Sequence record: PP781973.1
DNA length: 64,000 nt
Direction: 5' to 3' (one strand)
DNA from: Pseudomonas phage vB_PaeM_RyC23_M4LORT
The notes beneath the pieces are model-generated. The model saw only the letters and a list, made by a program, of their open reading frames with translations. It had not been told where the DNA came from and made no database searches. Made by a program: the position numbers and the translations under genes. Below, piece by piece: positions 45,782 through 56,898 of this stretch. Position 1 is the stretch's first letter. Every line of letters starts with the position of its first letter.

Positions 45782-46333
45782 ATGTTTGACGGCGAACTGA
45801 TAGCGAAACTGGTTGTCGAGTTGAATGCGGCGATGACATCTGCTCAAGAGGCTTTGCAGTTCCCGGATTTTGAAGTCGTCCAGAAAGCTCAGCCGACCCA
45901 ACAGGGAACGTCAACCAGGCCGACCATCTTTTTCCAGAAACTGTTTGACATTCCTCGCGGCTGGCCTGCCACCGATTGGCACCTGGACAACACGGCCCGC
46001 AAATATGTAGAAATAACTCGACAGCATGTAGAGACGACTTTCCAGATCAGTTCCCTTCATTGGCAGAATCCTGAAATAACTCACGTGGTTACGGCTTCTG
46101 ATATCGCCAACTATGTGAGGGCTTATTTCCAAGCTCGATCCACGATTGAGCGCGTAAAGGAACTGGACTTCCTCATTCTTCGCGTGTCTCAAATTTCCAA
46201 CGAAGCATTCGAGAACGACAATCACCAGTTCGAATTCCACCCAAGTTTTGACATGGTTGTAACTTACAACCAATATATTCGCCTGTACGAAAACGCAGCA
46301 TATTCGGCCGATGGGGTATTAATAGGCATATGA
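45782..46333 (+). CDS. Hypothetical structural protein (183 aa)
   Basis: ORF. Confidence 0.45.
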   Translation: MFDGELIAKLVVELNAAMTSAQEALQFPDFEVVQKAQPTQQGTSTRPTIFFQKLFDIPRGWPATDWHLDNTARKYVEITRQHVETTFQISSLHWQNPEITHVVTASDIANYVRAYFQARSTIERVKELDFLILRVSQISNEAFENDNHQFEFHPSFDMVVTYNQYIRLYENAAYSADGVLIGI

Positions 46334-46911
46334 GTCTGAGGCGCGATTCAGAGCTAATCGCCGCGCACCTCCAGATGTTAAGAGCCATGCGCGGCAGGTC
46401 CGTTTCAGCCGGATGGTATTCCACGGCTCGATATCCTGACAAGGCAGGCGGATCGGTCGGAATACAAGTCGCGAGAATCGCACGTCTCAATGAGTACGGC
46501 GGAACTATCGACCATCCGGGCGGGACCAGGTATATTAGGGACGCCATTGTTCGGGGTCGGTTTGTTGGCGTTCGGTTCGTCAGAAACGACTTTCCGGGAG
46601 AAACCGAGGTAACTAAGCCTCACAGAATTACCATCCCGGCTAGACCGTTTATGCGATATGCTTGGAACTTGTTTTCCGCAGATCGCGCCGCAATCCAGAA
46701 CCGGATAGCCATGAGGCTGGCCAGAGGACAGATCACTCCAGATCAAGCTCTTGCCCAGATCGGCCTGGCGTTGGAAGGATACATAGCCAGAAGCATCAGG
46801 ACCGGGCCATGGGTGGCTAACTCAGCATCTACGGTCAGGAGAAAGGGATTCAACAGACCGCTGGTCGATACGGCGCACATGCTTCAATCGATTAGCAGCA
46901 GAGTAACATAA
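46330..46911 (+). CDS. Hypothetical structural protein (193 aa; tail terminator or neck candidate)
   Basis: ORF immediately upstream of the sheath gene. Confidence 0.45.
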   Translation: MSLRRDSELIAAHLQMLRAMRGRSVSAGWYSTARYPDKAGGSVGIQVARIARLNEYGGTIDHPGGTRYIRDAIVRGRFVGVRFVRNDFPGETEVTKPHRITIPARPFMRYAWNLFSADRAAIQNRIAMRLARGQITPDQALAQIGLALEGYIARSIRTGPWVANSASTVRRKGFNRPLVDTAHMLQSISSRVT

Positions 46912-46926
46912 CCAGGAGATCATCCA

Positions 46927-48441
46927 GTGATCAGTCAGAGCCGTTATATCCGGATCATTTCGGGCGTAGGCGCAGGCGCTCCGGTCGCAGGCCGAAAGCT
47001 GATTCTGCGCGTCATGACTACCAACAACGTCATCCCGCCCGGAATCGTCATCGAGTTCGACAACGCCAACGCAGTCATGTCATACTTCGGCGCGCAGTCG
47101 GAAGAGTATCAGCGGGCTGCGGCTTATTTCAAGTTCATCAGTAAAAGCGTGAATTCGCCGTCCAGCATCAGCTTCGCTCGCTGGGTAAACACCGCCATCG
47201 CGCCGATGGTTGTTGGTGACAATCTGCCGAAGACCATCGCCGATTTCGCCGGCTTCTCAGCAGGGGTTCTGACCATCATGGTCGGCGCGGCCGAACAGAA
47301 CATCACCGCCATCGATACGTCCGCAGCGACTTCTATGGACAACGTGGCGTCGATCATCCAGACCGAAATCCGCAAGAACGCCGACCCGCAGCTGGCCCAG
47401 GCTACCGTTACCTGGAATCAGAACACCAACCAGTTCACCTTGGTCGGCGCCACCATCGGCACCGGCGTCCTGGCTGTGGCGAAATCTGCCGATCCCCAGG
47501 ACATGTCCACTGCCCTCGGCTGGTCCACCTCCAACGTCGTCAACGTCGCCGGCCAGGCTGCCGATCTTCCCGACGCGGCCGTTGCCAAGAGCACCAATGT
47601 CAGCAACAACTTCGGTTCGTTCCTGTTCGCCGGTGCGCCGCTCGACAATGACCAGATCAAGGCCGTGTCGGCCTGGAACGCGGCTCAGAACAACCAGTTC
47701 ATCTACACGGTCGCAACTTCCCTGGCGAACCTCGGCACTCTTTTCACCTTGGTGCATGGAAACGCCGGGACCGCCCTGAACGTGCTGTCGGCGACTGCTG
47801 CCAACGACTTCGTGGAGCAGTGCCCCAGCGAGATTCTGGCCGCCACCAACTACGATGAGCCGGGCGCTTCGCAAAACTACATGTACTACCAATTCCCTGG
47901 CCGCAACATCACCGTTTCCGACGATACCGTTGCGAACACCGTCGACAAGAGCCGGGGCAACTACATCGGCGTCACCCAGGCCAATGGCCAGCAGCTCGCG
48001 TTCTACCAGCGCGGCATTCTGTGCGGCGGTCCGACCGATGCTGTGGACATGAACGTCTATGCCAACGAAATCTGGCTGAAGTCGGCTATCGCTCAAGCGC
48101 TCCTGGACTTGTTCCTGAACGTCAATGCGGTTCCGGCGAGCAGCACTGGCGAGGCGATGACCCTGGCGGTGCTGCAGCCGGTTCTGGACAAGGCGACCGC
48201 CAACGGCACGTTCACCTACGGCAAGGAAATCAGCGCCGTCCAGCAGCAGTACATCACCCAAGTCACCGGTGATCGCCGCGCCTGGCGTCAAGTCCAAACC
48301 CTGGGTTACTGGATCAACATCACCTTCTCCAGCTATACCAACAGCAACACAGGCTTGACCGAGTGGAAGGCCAACTACACGCTGATCTATTCGAAGGGCG
48401 ATGCCATCCGCTTCGTCGAAGGATCGGATGTGATGATCTAA
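46927..48441 (+). CDS. Contractile tail sheath protein (DUF3383-like)
   Basis: 504 aa; followed by tail tube genes. Confidence 0.75.
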   Translation: MISQSRYIRIISGVGAGAPVAGRKLILRVMTTNNVIPPGIVIEFDNANAVMSYFGAQSEEYQRAAAYFKFISKSVNSPSSISFARWVNTAIAPMVVGDNLPKTIADFAGFSAGVLTIMVGAAEQNITAIDTSAATSMDNVASIIQTEIRKNADPQLAQATVTWNQNTNQFTLVGATIGTGVLAVAKSADPQDMSTALGWSTSNVVNVAGQAADLPDAAVAKSTNVSNNFGSFLFAGAPLDNDQIKAVSAWNAAQNNQFIYTVATSLANLGTLFTLVHGNAGTALNVLSATAANDFVEQCPSEILAATNYDEPGASQNYMYYQFPGRNITVSDDTVANTVDKSRGNYIGVTQANGQQLAFYQRGILCGGPTDAVDMNVYANEIWLKSAIAQALLDLFLNVNAVPASSTGEAMTLAVLQPVLDKATANGTFTYGKEISAVQQQYITQVTGDRRAWRQVQTLGYWINITFSSYTNSNTGLTEWKANYTLIYSKGDAIRFVEGSDVMI

Positions 48442-48499
48442 TGGTTTGCGGCGGACTCGATCCGCCGCAACCTTCCATAAATGGAGTGAGGAATAAGCA

Positions 48500-48952
48500 A
48501 TGATCAACATTTCTGCGTTCGGCTCGATCTGCCAGTTCACGGCAAGCAGAACTTTCCCGACCGGATTCACCGTCACCGAGTTTGCCGACGATGCGGACCC
48601 CATCGACAGCCCGCCGTTCACTGCGGCCGATACCGGCGTCGGCCTCAACGGTGACATGGTAGTCTGGAACCGGGCGAACATCCTGGAAGTCGTCGTTAAC
48701 GTCATTCCGAATACCGAGGGCGAGCGCAACCTGGCAGTCCTGCTGGATGCCAACCGCACCGGAAAGGACAAGTCGGGCGCTCGTGATGTCGTCGGCCTGG
48801 TCGTGGCGATGCCGGACGGCAGCAAAATCACCTGCACCAACGGCACCCCAATCGACGGCGTTCTGATCAACGCGGTGGCAAGCGTCGGCCGTCTGAAGAC
48901 CAAGCCGTATCGGTTCCGATTTGAAAAAGTGATCAAAGCCGGTACTAGCTGA
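48500..48952 (+). CDS. Tail tube protein (DUF3277-like)
   Basis: 150 aa; paralogue of gene 50065-50568. Confidence 0.65.
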   Translation: MINISAFGSICQFTASRTFPTGFTVTEFADDADPIDSPPFTAADTGVGLNGDMVVWNRANILEVVVNVIPNTEGERNLAVLLDANRTGKDKSGARDVVGLVVAMPDGSKITCTNGTPIDGVLINAVASVGRLKTKPYRFRFEKVIKAGTS

Positions 48953-49275
48953 TGAAGAAAATTCCGCTGACAGCAGTCCCCAATCAAGCGATCTCATTTA
49001 ACGCCGGTAGCAGCTATTGGAAGATTCGCCTGTACCAGAACATGGACATGATGAATGCCGATATCAGCCGCGACGGCGTGATCGTTTGCCATGGGGTTCG
49101 CTGCTTCGGCGGGATTCCTCTTCTCCAGTACAGCCATCAGTACCGACCTGACTATGGCAATTTCGTCTTCGACCGCGACGCCGATTGGACATTGTTCGGC
49201 GACGGCATCAACCTGTTCTATCTGGACGGCGCCGAATTCGCCGAGTATCAGGCGCTTGCCACGAGGAAAGAATGA
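48952..49275 (+). CDS. Hypothetical tail protein (107 aa)
   Basis: ORF. Confidence 0.4.
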   Translation: MKKIPLTAVPNQAISFNAGSSYWKIRLYQNMDMMNADISRDGVIVCHGVRCFGGIPLLQYSHQYRPDYGNFVFDRDADWTLFGDGINLFYLDGAEFAEYQALATRKE

Positions 49276-49622
49276 GCACATCAACGATCAGAACCGGGAC
49301 GAACAACGATATCCTTTTGGACGACAATGGAAACATGGTTATCCTCAGGGATGTCGAAGCGTGCGCCCAGGACGTTCGGGCGGCGATGCTCATGCGCACC
49401 GGCGAAAACATTTTCGATGTGAACTCCGGCGTGGGATATTTCGAATACATCTTCTCGCCGCAGAAAAGCTATGATGACGCTCGCAAATCCATCGCGGATG
49501 CAATTTTATCCTCGCCGGATGTGACCGGCATCGAGCAGCTTGACATCGACATAACCGGGGAAGTCTTCGGCGTCGATGCGAAAGTCATCACCATCCACGG
49601 GCCTGTTACCACAGGAGTTTGA
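49273..49622 (+). CDS. Hypothetical tail protein (116 aa)
   Basis: Start MSTSTIRT; ATGA overlap with the upstream gene. Confidence 0.4.
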
Positions 49623-49623
49623 A

Positions 49624-50055
49624 ATGAGTACCATCCGCATCCAATACGCCAACGGCACCCAACTGTTCCTGGACGGCAAAAATCCGCCGCCCCTGGACCC
49701 GCTGCCCTCGTTTAACCCGTCTGTCGAAGATCTGGAAGGCCTGGACCGCGAAAAGAACATCGACAAGGGCGACTCCTCGCCGGCCGGTCTTCCCGTTCCC
49801 CCGGTAAACGTCGATTCCAATGTCGACAACGGCGGAACCATCCCGGCTCCGGTATCGACCGACGCTGCTGCGGCCGAATCGGCCCCAGAAGGCGCCCAGG
49901 AAGCTCCTGCAGCAGGCCAAGGCGACGAGAAAGGCGCCGAGGAAGCCCCGACTACAGCCCCGGTAGAAAAGGCCGAGGAAACGGCCTCGCCGGCCGCTGA
50001 AGAGGAAACCCCGGCTCCCGCCAAGGCCACCTCTCGCAAAACCACCAGCAAGTAA
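49624..50055 (+). CDS. Pro/Ala/Glu-rich low-complexity protein (143 aa)
   Basis: Start MSTIRIQYANG. Confidence 0.4.
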   Translation: MSTIRIQYANGTQLFLDGKNPPPLDPLPSFNPSVEDLEGLDREKNIDKGDSSPAGLPVPPVNVDSNVDNGGTIPAPVSTDAAAAESAPEGAQEAPAAGQGDEKGAEEAPTTAPVEKAEETASPAAEEETPAPAKATSRKTTSK

Positions 50056-50064
50056 GGACTCGAC

Positions 50065-50568
50065 ATGATCAACGTCAGCGGCTTCGGCACAGGAATTGTA
50101 ATAGTTTCAGCCTCATCGTTCCCGATGGGGTTTTCCTTGTCGAAGTTCGCTGATGATGAGAGTCCGATATCCTCCAAAGAGCTGGAGCCGTTCGGATATG
50201 AGATGCTTTATGACGGCGGCCTATTCGCCTTTGACAAGGCTGCTCCTCTGGAAGTATCTGTATCCGTCATCGCAGGGAGCGAGGATGATATTAACCTTCG
50301 CATCCTTCTCAATTCCAAAAAGGGATCATTCAGATTTCTTCCGGGCAGCATCCCGGATATGACGACTCTCGTGGCCACTCTTCCTGATGGCGGCCGCACC
50401 GTTCTGTCCAATGGGACTATCATCAAGGGTCCGGCCATCGACACCATACAGAACACCGGACGACGCAAAGGCAACACGTACACTTTTGTTTTCGGTAGCT
50501 ATCTTGGCGCCCAGACTGCGCGTCAAGCCATTTCTAACGTTATCCAATCGGTGCTGGAGGTGGTCTGA
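50065..50568 (+). CDS. Tail tube protein paralogue
   Basis: N-terminus MINVSGFGTG...FPMGFSLSKFADDESPIS parallels MINISAFGS...FPTGFTVTEFADDADPID of gene 48500. Confidence 0.55.
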   Translation: MINVSGFGTGIVIVSASSFPMGFSLSKFADDESPISSKELEPFGYEMLYDGGLFAFDKAAPLEVSVSVIAGSEDDINLRILLNSKKGSFRFLPGSIPDMTTLVATLPDGGRTVLSNGTIIKGPAIDTIQNTGRRKGNTYTFVFGSYLGAQTARQAISNVIQSVLEVV

Positions 50569-51107
50569 TGTTGGGGATTTTCACCAGCCTCCTAAGTTCG
50601 CGATCTTTTTCGATTGTGGACCAAAACACAAACCAGCTAGTTGCTGCGGATTTGAGGATAAGCCGGGTCAACACCCGGTTTTCTTCTGTAGGGCAACGCC
50701 ACATGCTGGAAGATGGCACGACCAAGATGGATTCCAGAACGATCCACCCTATGGAAATCATCGTCGAAGTATTTTGCCCTTCAATTGATGTCGTCGATCA
50801 GATCAATCAATTGCTCCTGGATCGCGACACACTGTACAAAGTCATCACTCGCGGCATGGTATTCGAACGGATGATGTGTACCAGCGAAGCGCTCAATCAG
50901 ACTCCGGATATGATATCGGCGACTCCTGCGCGGCTGACATTCTCCCAAGTTCTCGTCCAGAATCCCAAGCCTATAATGTTCAGAAATGCAGGGGACTCTT
51001 CTATGATCGACCGAGGGCTGGCCCTAGCTGAAGACGTGGTTGGCTCGGCCGGCGATCTGTTCGACTACGCAGTGAACGGCGTCCAGAACGCCGCAGACTT
51101 GTTCTGA
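50568..51107 (+). CDS. Hypothetical tail protein (179 aa)
   Basis: ORF. Confidence 0.45.
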   Translation: MLGIFTSLLSSRSFSIVDQNTNQLVAADLRISRVNTRFSSVGQRHMLEDGTTKMDSRTIHPMEIIVEVFCPSIDVVDQINQLLLDRDTLYKVITRGMVFERMMCTSEALNQTPDMISATPARLTFSQVLVQNPKPIMFRNAGDSSMIDRGLALAEDVVGSAGDLFDYAVNGVQNAADLF

Positions 51108-51115
51108 GGTGCCAA

Positions 51116-51709
51116 TTGAACTCTTTCCTCAAGTCTATTCTCAACACGCCTACTCTCACCATACGCGATGATGTTACCAAACTTCCTGTCTGGAAGAGTC
51201 TTCAAGTCAAGAAAGTGGAAATTTACTCGCCGGCTTCCGTAGTGTCGAAACCTCTGGCGACGAAAGACCAGACGGAAGCTCAAGTGTACACCGAAGCTCT
51301 GGACATTGATGTGAAGAATGGAAAGATCATCCAACCGGTGCGACTCCGCATCAATGCTATCTGTCCGGACCTGTCCACCGTTGAAAGTATCATGAACGCT
51401 TTCAATGATAACACCTCGACTTTCGCTATCACTTCTAAGTCGATATTGGCCGATAAAATGGCCATCATGACGCTCGATGTAGATCAGTCTCCAGACATGT
51501 TGAACGCGGCTGAGATCAATATGGAATTCGAGCAGGTTGAGCCTCCAGTATTGAATAAATTCGATCCTGCGTTCCCTCAAGATAGTCCGACTTATGGGGT
51601 ACAGATTCAATCTCTTTCTGATGCTAATTTGCTGGATTTGGGCGCCATCGGCGATTCGATATCTTCGGCCGCAAAATCGCTATATAATCGCGTGACCAGC
51701 TACTTCTGA
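51116..51709 (+). CDS. Hypothetical tail protein (197 aa)
   Basis: ORF. Confidence 0.45.
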   Translation: MNSFLKSILNTPTLTIRDDVTKLPVWKSLQVKKVEIYSPASVVSKPLATKDQTEAQVYTEALDIDVKNGKIIQPVRLRINAICPDLSTVESIMNAFNDNTSTFAITSKSILADKMAIMTLDVDQSPDMLNAAEINMEFEQVEPPVLNKFDPAFPQDSPTYGVQIQSLSDANLLDLGAIGDSISSAAKSLYNRVTSYF

Positions 51710-51718
51710 GGATGTATC

Positions 51719-52147
51719 ATGCTTGAAATCAATCTTCCCGATGGCCGTCAAACTCGCGTACAAATCGAGGCGTGGTCGGCATTGGATGGCTGGGAACTCC
51801 AGCGCCGTTTCGTCGAATTCGCTGTCAGCCAAGATTCCGACTTCCGCCGCTCTTTCACCATGGAAATCCTGGGCTATGCGAAAGTGCTGCTTGGCGACGA
51901 TGACACCGGCATTCCGCTGACCACCGCGGCAGTCATCAACAACCACCTCGGCCACTGGAAGAACGTGGAACTGGTTTTCAACTCTGTTCTCAAGCACAAT
52001 GGCATCGACCCGGCCACGCACGCCGACCGGCCGGACTATTGGGAACAAGTCGGATCGCAGATGGCCATCGCATTTCTGGCCGAGGCGTCCAAGCTCATTG
52101 GTCCAGCAATGAAGATCGCCGAAGGACTCGCCAACAAGCCGGAGTGA
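51719..52147 (+). CDS. Putative tail assembly chaperone (142 aa)
   Basis: Position immediately upstream of the tape measure gene. Confidence 0.45.
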   Translation: MLEINLPDGRQTRVQIEAWSALDGWELQRRFVEFAVSQDSDFRRSFTMEILGYAKVLLGDDDTGIPLTTAAVINNHLGHWKNVELVFNSVLKHNGIDPATHADRPDYWEQVGSQMAIAFLAEASKLIGPAMKIAEGLANKPE

Positions 52148-52150
52148 TTC

Positions 52151-54727
52151 ATGTCTAGTGATTTGGATGAATTCATACTTCGGTATGAGGCCGATACTGC
52201 CAGAGCCGAGCGCAATCTGGAGCGCCTCCAGAACCAGATCAGGCGCGTGAACAGCGCATCGACGAGTGGCCTTCAGGATTTGCGCCACTTCGCAGACGGC
52301 GCGGCCACTGAACTCGGCCGAGTCGTTCCGCAGATCGATTCTGTGACGAGCGCGATTCGCGGGATGAACGCGCAACTGGCGATAGGCGCCACTGGCGTGG
52401 CCCTGGTCGCGGCCGGCGTCAAGGCGTTCATGAACACCAGGGACCAGTACAATCAGCAGCGCATCCAGGCGATGGACATCGGCATCGCCCCGGCACGCTT
52501 GGAAGAGTACCAGAGAAAATTCGTTCGCCAGTCCGGTGGAACCATCAGCCGCGAGCAGGGCGCGGAGATGACCAAAAATCTGGCAGACACTTTCCGGCGT
52601 GCTTATCGCGATATCGGGCGAGTCGGCCCGGAAGCGCGAATTCTGCGTATGGCCGGCGTTGATGTCGGGAGCTTCCAAAAGGGCATGCGGCCGCTCAACG
52701 ACATCATTACTGATCTGGCCACGAAAATGGCCAAGCTGAAGCCGGACGAAATTTCTGCCTACGCTGATGCCCTTGGCGTCTCGCGAGACTACCTGAGCAC
52801 CCTGGCTAAGATCGGCCCGGCCATGGGAAAAGTCACCGAGATGACGACTGCGGAACTCCAGTCCAGGGTCCAGGGCGAGTCCAACATTCAGAAATTCAAC
52901 GATGCTCTGGCGAATCTCAACCAGACGTTCACCACCCTGGAAAACCGAGTCGGCGAAAAGCTCGCGCCTGCGTTCACCAAGCTGATCGAAATCATCGACA
53001 AGATAGTCCAGGCTATTCCCAATGAAGTGGAAAGCTTCGCGAAGGACACCAAATCCCGTTGGGAAGATGGAGTGCTCGGGAAGGCGACCGTTGGCAGTGA
53101 TATCCTATCCCTCCTCAGCCCCGGCGCCCTGCTCGGTCGCCTGGCAGCGTGGGGGACTCGTCGCGGCATGGAAGAATCAGGGCTCATCGACAAGGACAAG
53201 GTTCCCGGCGCTCAAACCAGCGAAGACCTGGCCAAGAAACAAGAAGACCAGGACAAGGCTACTAAGTCCATGAAAGAGCTAGAGAAGCTGGCTGACCAGA
53301 CCACGAAGTCTACCAATGATTTTGCGGTGGCGATCAACATGTTCAGTGGCGCGGTATCGTCGTTCGCGAATGCCGTTGACGAGCGCCAAGCTTGGGCAGC
53401 CTGGGCGGGGGAAATTGGTCGGGCGGTCGGTATGGGAAGCACCGCGCCGACTTCGCGGGCAACCGGCGTCTATCCGCACGCGATCTATGATCAGTCGAAG
53501 AGTGGCGCGGCCGGACAAGTCTTCGGCGAGCCAATCGGCGCCCAGTCTCTTCGCAATCGCATGTTCTCGCCGCAGCGCAAGGCAGAGCCGGTCACCGTTC
53601 CATCGTACATCAACGATATCATCAAAGATGCTTCGAAGATGTACAACATTCCTGAGCTGGACATCAAGAAACTCATATACACCGAAAGCCGATTCAACGC
53701 CAGGGCCACCAGCGAAGCCGGAGCGAAAGGCCTCATGCAACTGATGCCGGAAATCGCCAAGGCGTATGGTATCACTGACGTATATGACCCTCGCCAGAAC
53801 ATCCTCGGCGGAACGCGCCTACTGCGTGAAAACCTAGATCGAGCAAATGGCGACATGCGGTTGGCCTTGACATACTATCATGGCGGACTCGATCCGAAGA
53901 ACTGGGGCCCAAGGACTCGCGCATATCCGGGTTTGGTAATGAGCGCTCCAATCGAGCTGATGGAAGAGGCTCAGCGCAAGCAGAAGGCTGCGGCCATGAC
54001 CGTCGCCAACGAGACGTTCGCCCCGGAAGGCGGCGACATGGACATTCGTCCCTATGATGGCGGGCGACTGGAAACCCCAGACCAGGGCAAGAAGGAAGAT
54101 GAGCGCCGCGAAGCCCGTCGATATGACGACAGGGTTGTGCGACCGGAAATTCGCATCATCGACCGCATGCCAGACCGCAGCGACGGCGAAATCCTCAAGA
54201 TGTCTAGACGTCAAGAGGCCGACCGGGCAGATTCTGGATTCCGGAAGTTCCCGAATCAAGTTCGCGGCGAGACCAAGCAGAACATCCAGGCTCAACTCAC
54301 TGCAGGAGCCATCGCGCAAGTGATCGGCGTTAACCCCAACCAGATCATGCGCCGCGAAATCAGCCGTTCTGACTTGCTGTTCGGATACAACCAAGCCATC
54401 CTGGGCAAGCAACAGGAGATCAAGGCCGCCGCGACCGAAGCCAACAACGTATTCCTGTCTCCAGCCAAGCTTGCCGAAGCCACGGCCAAGGTGAATGCCG
54501 CATCGCGAGAAATGGATATTCTCAGGACGTACGGCGAGCAACTTCTGAAGAGCGCTCCAGAGCGCGGCCAGGAGCTGACCATCGGTCGGATCGACATGTT
54601 GGTCAACGTCACCGGCGCGAATTCTCCGGAAGAGGCTCGTGAGATATTCAGCAAGCAGACTGCAGACCAGCTGACTACGGCAATCCAGGACGCTCAAAAC
54701 GATTCCGCAACTAAGATACTCTACTGA
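52151..54727 (+). CDS. Tail tape measure protein with an internal soluble lytic transglycosylase domain
   Basis: 858 aa; SLT motif YTESRFNARATSEAGAKGLMQLMPEIAKAYG. Confidence 0.8.
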   Translation: MSSDLDEFILRYEADTARAERNLERLQNQIRRVNSASTSGLQDLRHFADGAATELGRVVPQIDSVTSAIRGMNAQLAIGATGVALVAAGVKAFMNTRDQYNQQRIQAMDIGIAPARLEEYQRKFVRQSGGTISREQGAEMTKNLADTFRRAYRDIGRVGPEARILRMAGVDVGSFQKGMRPLNDIITDLATKMAKLKPDEISAYADALGVSRDYLSTLAKIGPAMGKVTEMTTAELQSRVQGESNIQKFNDALANLNQTFTTLENRVGEKLAPAFTKLIEIIDKIVQAIPNEVESFAKDTKSRWEDGVLGKATVGSDILSLLSPGALLGRLAAWGTRRGMEESGLIDKDKVPGAQTSEDLAKKQEDQDKATKSMKELEKLADQTTKSTNDFAVAINMFSGAVSSFANAVDERQAWAAWAGEIGRAVGMGSTAPTSRATGVYPHAIYDQSKSGAAGQVFGEPIGAQSLRNRMFSPQRKAEPVTVPSYINDIIKDASKMYNIPELDIKKLIYTESRFNARATSEAGAKGLMQLMPEIAKAYGITDVYDPRQNILGGTRLLRENLDRANGDMRLALTYYHGGLDPKNWGPRTRAYPGLVMSAPIELMEEAQRKQKAAAMTVANETFAPEGGDMDIRPYDGGRLETPDQGKKEDERREARRYDDRVVRPEIRIIDRMPDRSDGEILKMSRRQEADRADSGFRKFPNQVRGETKQNIQAQLTAGAIAQVIGVNPNQIMRREISRSDLLFGYNQAILGKQQEIKAAATEANNVFLSPAKLAEATAKVNAASREMDILRTYGEQLLKSAPERGQELTIGRIDMLVNVTGANSPEEAREIFSKQTADQLTTAIQDAQNDSATKILY

Positions 54728-55590
54728 TGAAAAAGAGAATTCTGCGAGTAACATTCAACATGCCTTATGGACCCGAAGTCATCCGCGAAGATCTGGATGT
54801 TCGGGTCCGGATTATGAAGGCTGCGTTGCGGATTCAGAACCGGGCGACGATGGAAATTTTCGGCCTCACCACTCAGCTGCGCGAGTCTCTTCTGTCGCAG
54901 TTCACCGCGTGGAAGCACCGGCAACGTCAAGTGGGCAGGGAAGATGAATTGATGATCAAGGTGTCGGTGGAAGCCGGCTACTCTGACCAGGGGCGCGAGC
55001 AAGTTTCCAGAGTCTTTGTCGGCGAAGTTGCCATTGTCGATATCATTTCTCCGCCACCGGACATTGGAATCCGCATCCAGTGCTATACCAGGCAAATCGA
55101 CAGGACGAAGACCATTCGGAATATGCCGCCCGCCAACACGACGTTTGTCAAGTTCGTCGAGTGGGGCGCGAACGAAATGGGATTGAACTTCATCTGCGAT
55201 ACCAGTTACAACGATCAAGTTCTGAAGAATCCGGGCCGGTCTATCACTGTCGCGTCGGCAATCCTGGCGTCGATTCAGGATATGTACATGCCGGACGTGG
55301 CCGCGTTCGTCGATGACGACATATTGATCGTGAAGGACCGCGATAAAGTCATTCGTCCGGATGAGGTGACCAACGTCAACTCGTTTGTTGGAATTCCATC
55401 TTGGTCTGAATGGGGCGTGGAATTCCAGTGTCTGTTTGAGCCATCGATTCGTGTGGCTGGAGGCGTAGCGGTCGAATCTCTCATGAATCCAAGTGTTAAT
55501 GGTAACTATGTAATAACTGCTCTGGAATACGATTTGGCCAGTCGGGATCGGCCGTTCTATATCAAAGTCATGGGGAGTCCAGCAGCATAA
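54727..55590 (+). CDS. Hypothetical baseplate/tail protein (287 aa)
   Basis: ORF. Confidence 0.5.
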   Translation: MKKRILRVTFNMPYGPEVIREDLDVRVRIMKAALRIQNRATMEIFGLTTQLRESLLSQFTAWKHRQRQVGREDELMIKVSVEAGYSDQGREQVSRVFVGEVAIVDIISPPPDIGIRIQCYTRQIDRTKTIRNMPPANTTFVKFVEWGANEMGLNFICDTSYNDQVLKNPGRSITVASAILASIQDMYMPDVAAFVDDDILIVKDRDKVIRPDEVTNVNSFVGIPSWSEWGVEFQCLFEPSIRVAGGVAVESLMNPSVNGNYVITALEYDLASRDRPFYIKVMGSPAA

Positions 55591-56123
55591 TGGCCAGGGA
55601 AATCAAATCATTCAACATGTTCGGAGTTCACTATACTTCGCGGCAATTCTCTGCCGTCGATGGGCTCAGCATGATGTCGGAAATTCAGAGCGTGCCGCCA
55701 GAAGAATTGCTCAAGGGTACTGATGTATTGGCGCATCCGGAAGACCATCCGGAAGGCATCTGGCTTCCATTGACTGCTGCGAACATCAATCTTTATGTCG
55801 TTGATCGAGCGAAAGTAATAGCTCCCGTACAAGTTCTTGCACTTCTGTCCGAAGTGGTAATCGACTGGAATTTTGGTTTTCTCAAAGACTGGACCGGAGT
55901 CAAGATTCCATCCAGATTTGTCGAAGATATCAAAAGCGTGAAGACGGCACATTCACCTTCTGTAGTTGCGAGTTTGGTGGCGAACGGTTCGGCCTCTATG
56001 CGCGAGTTGGAAGAGTATTATTCGACTCAAGATGCGTTTAAGATGATAGACATCATGACGGCGAAGAGCGTGAACGAGGCCTTGGCGTCCGAAGCATCGC
56101 ACAACAGAATCAAAAAGGGATAA
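55590..56123 (+). CDS. Hypothetical baseplate protein (177 aa)
   Basis: ORF. Confidence 0.45.
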   Translation: MAREIKSFNMFGVHYTSRQFSAVDGLSMMSEIQSVPPEELLKGTDVLAHPEDHPEGIWLPLTAANINLYVVDRAKVIAPVQVLALLSEVVIDWNFGFLKDWTGVKIPSRFVEDIKSVKTAHSPSVVASLVANGSASMRELEEYYSTQDAFKMIDIMTAKSVNEALASEASHNRIKKG

Positions 56124-56154
56124 TTCCTAACCGGGCCTGGGAAGGCTATACTAG

Positions 56155-56844
<690 letters not shown>

Positions 56845-56898
56845 GGAGATTTTCATGGCAAGTTTTGATTTTTCTGATTTAACAGCGGGGGGGTTGTA

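Noticed and set aside
47257-48987. 576-aa minus-strand ORF antisense to the tail sheath and tube genes
   Set aside because: Same reasoning: Arg/Gly/Val-rich, no start context; the sense-strand genes are syntenic with a contractile-tail module.
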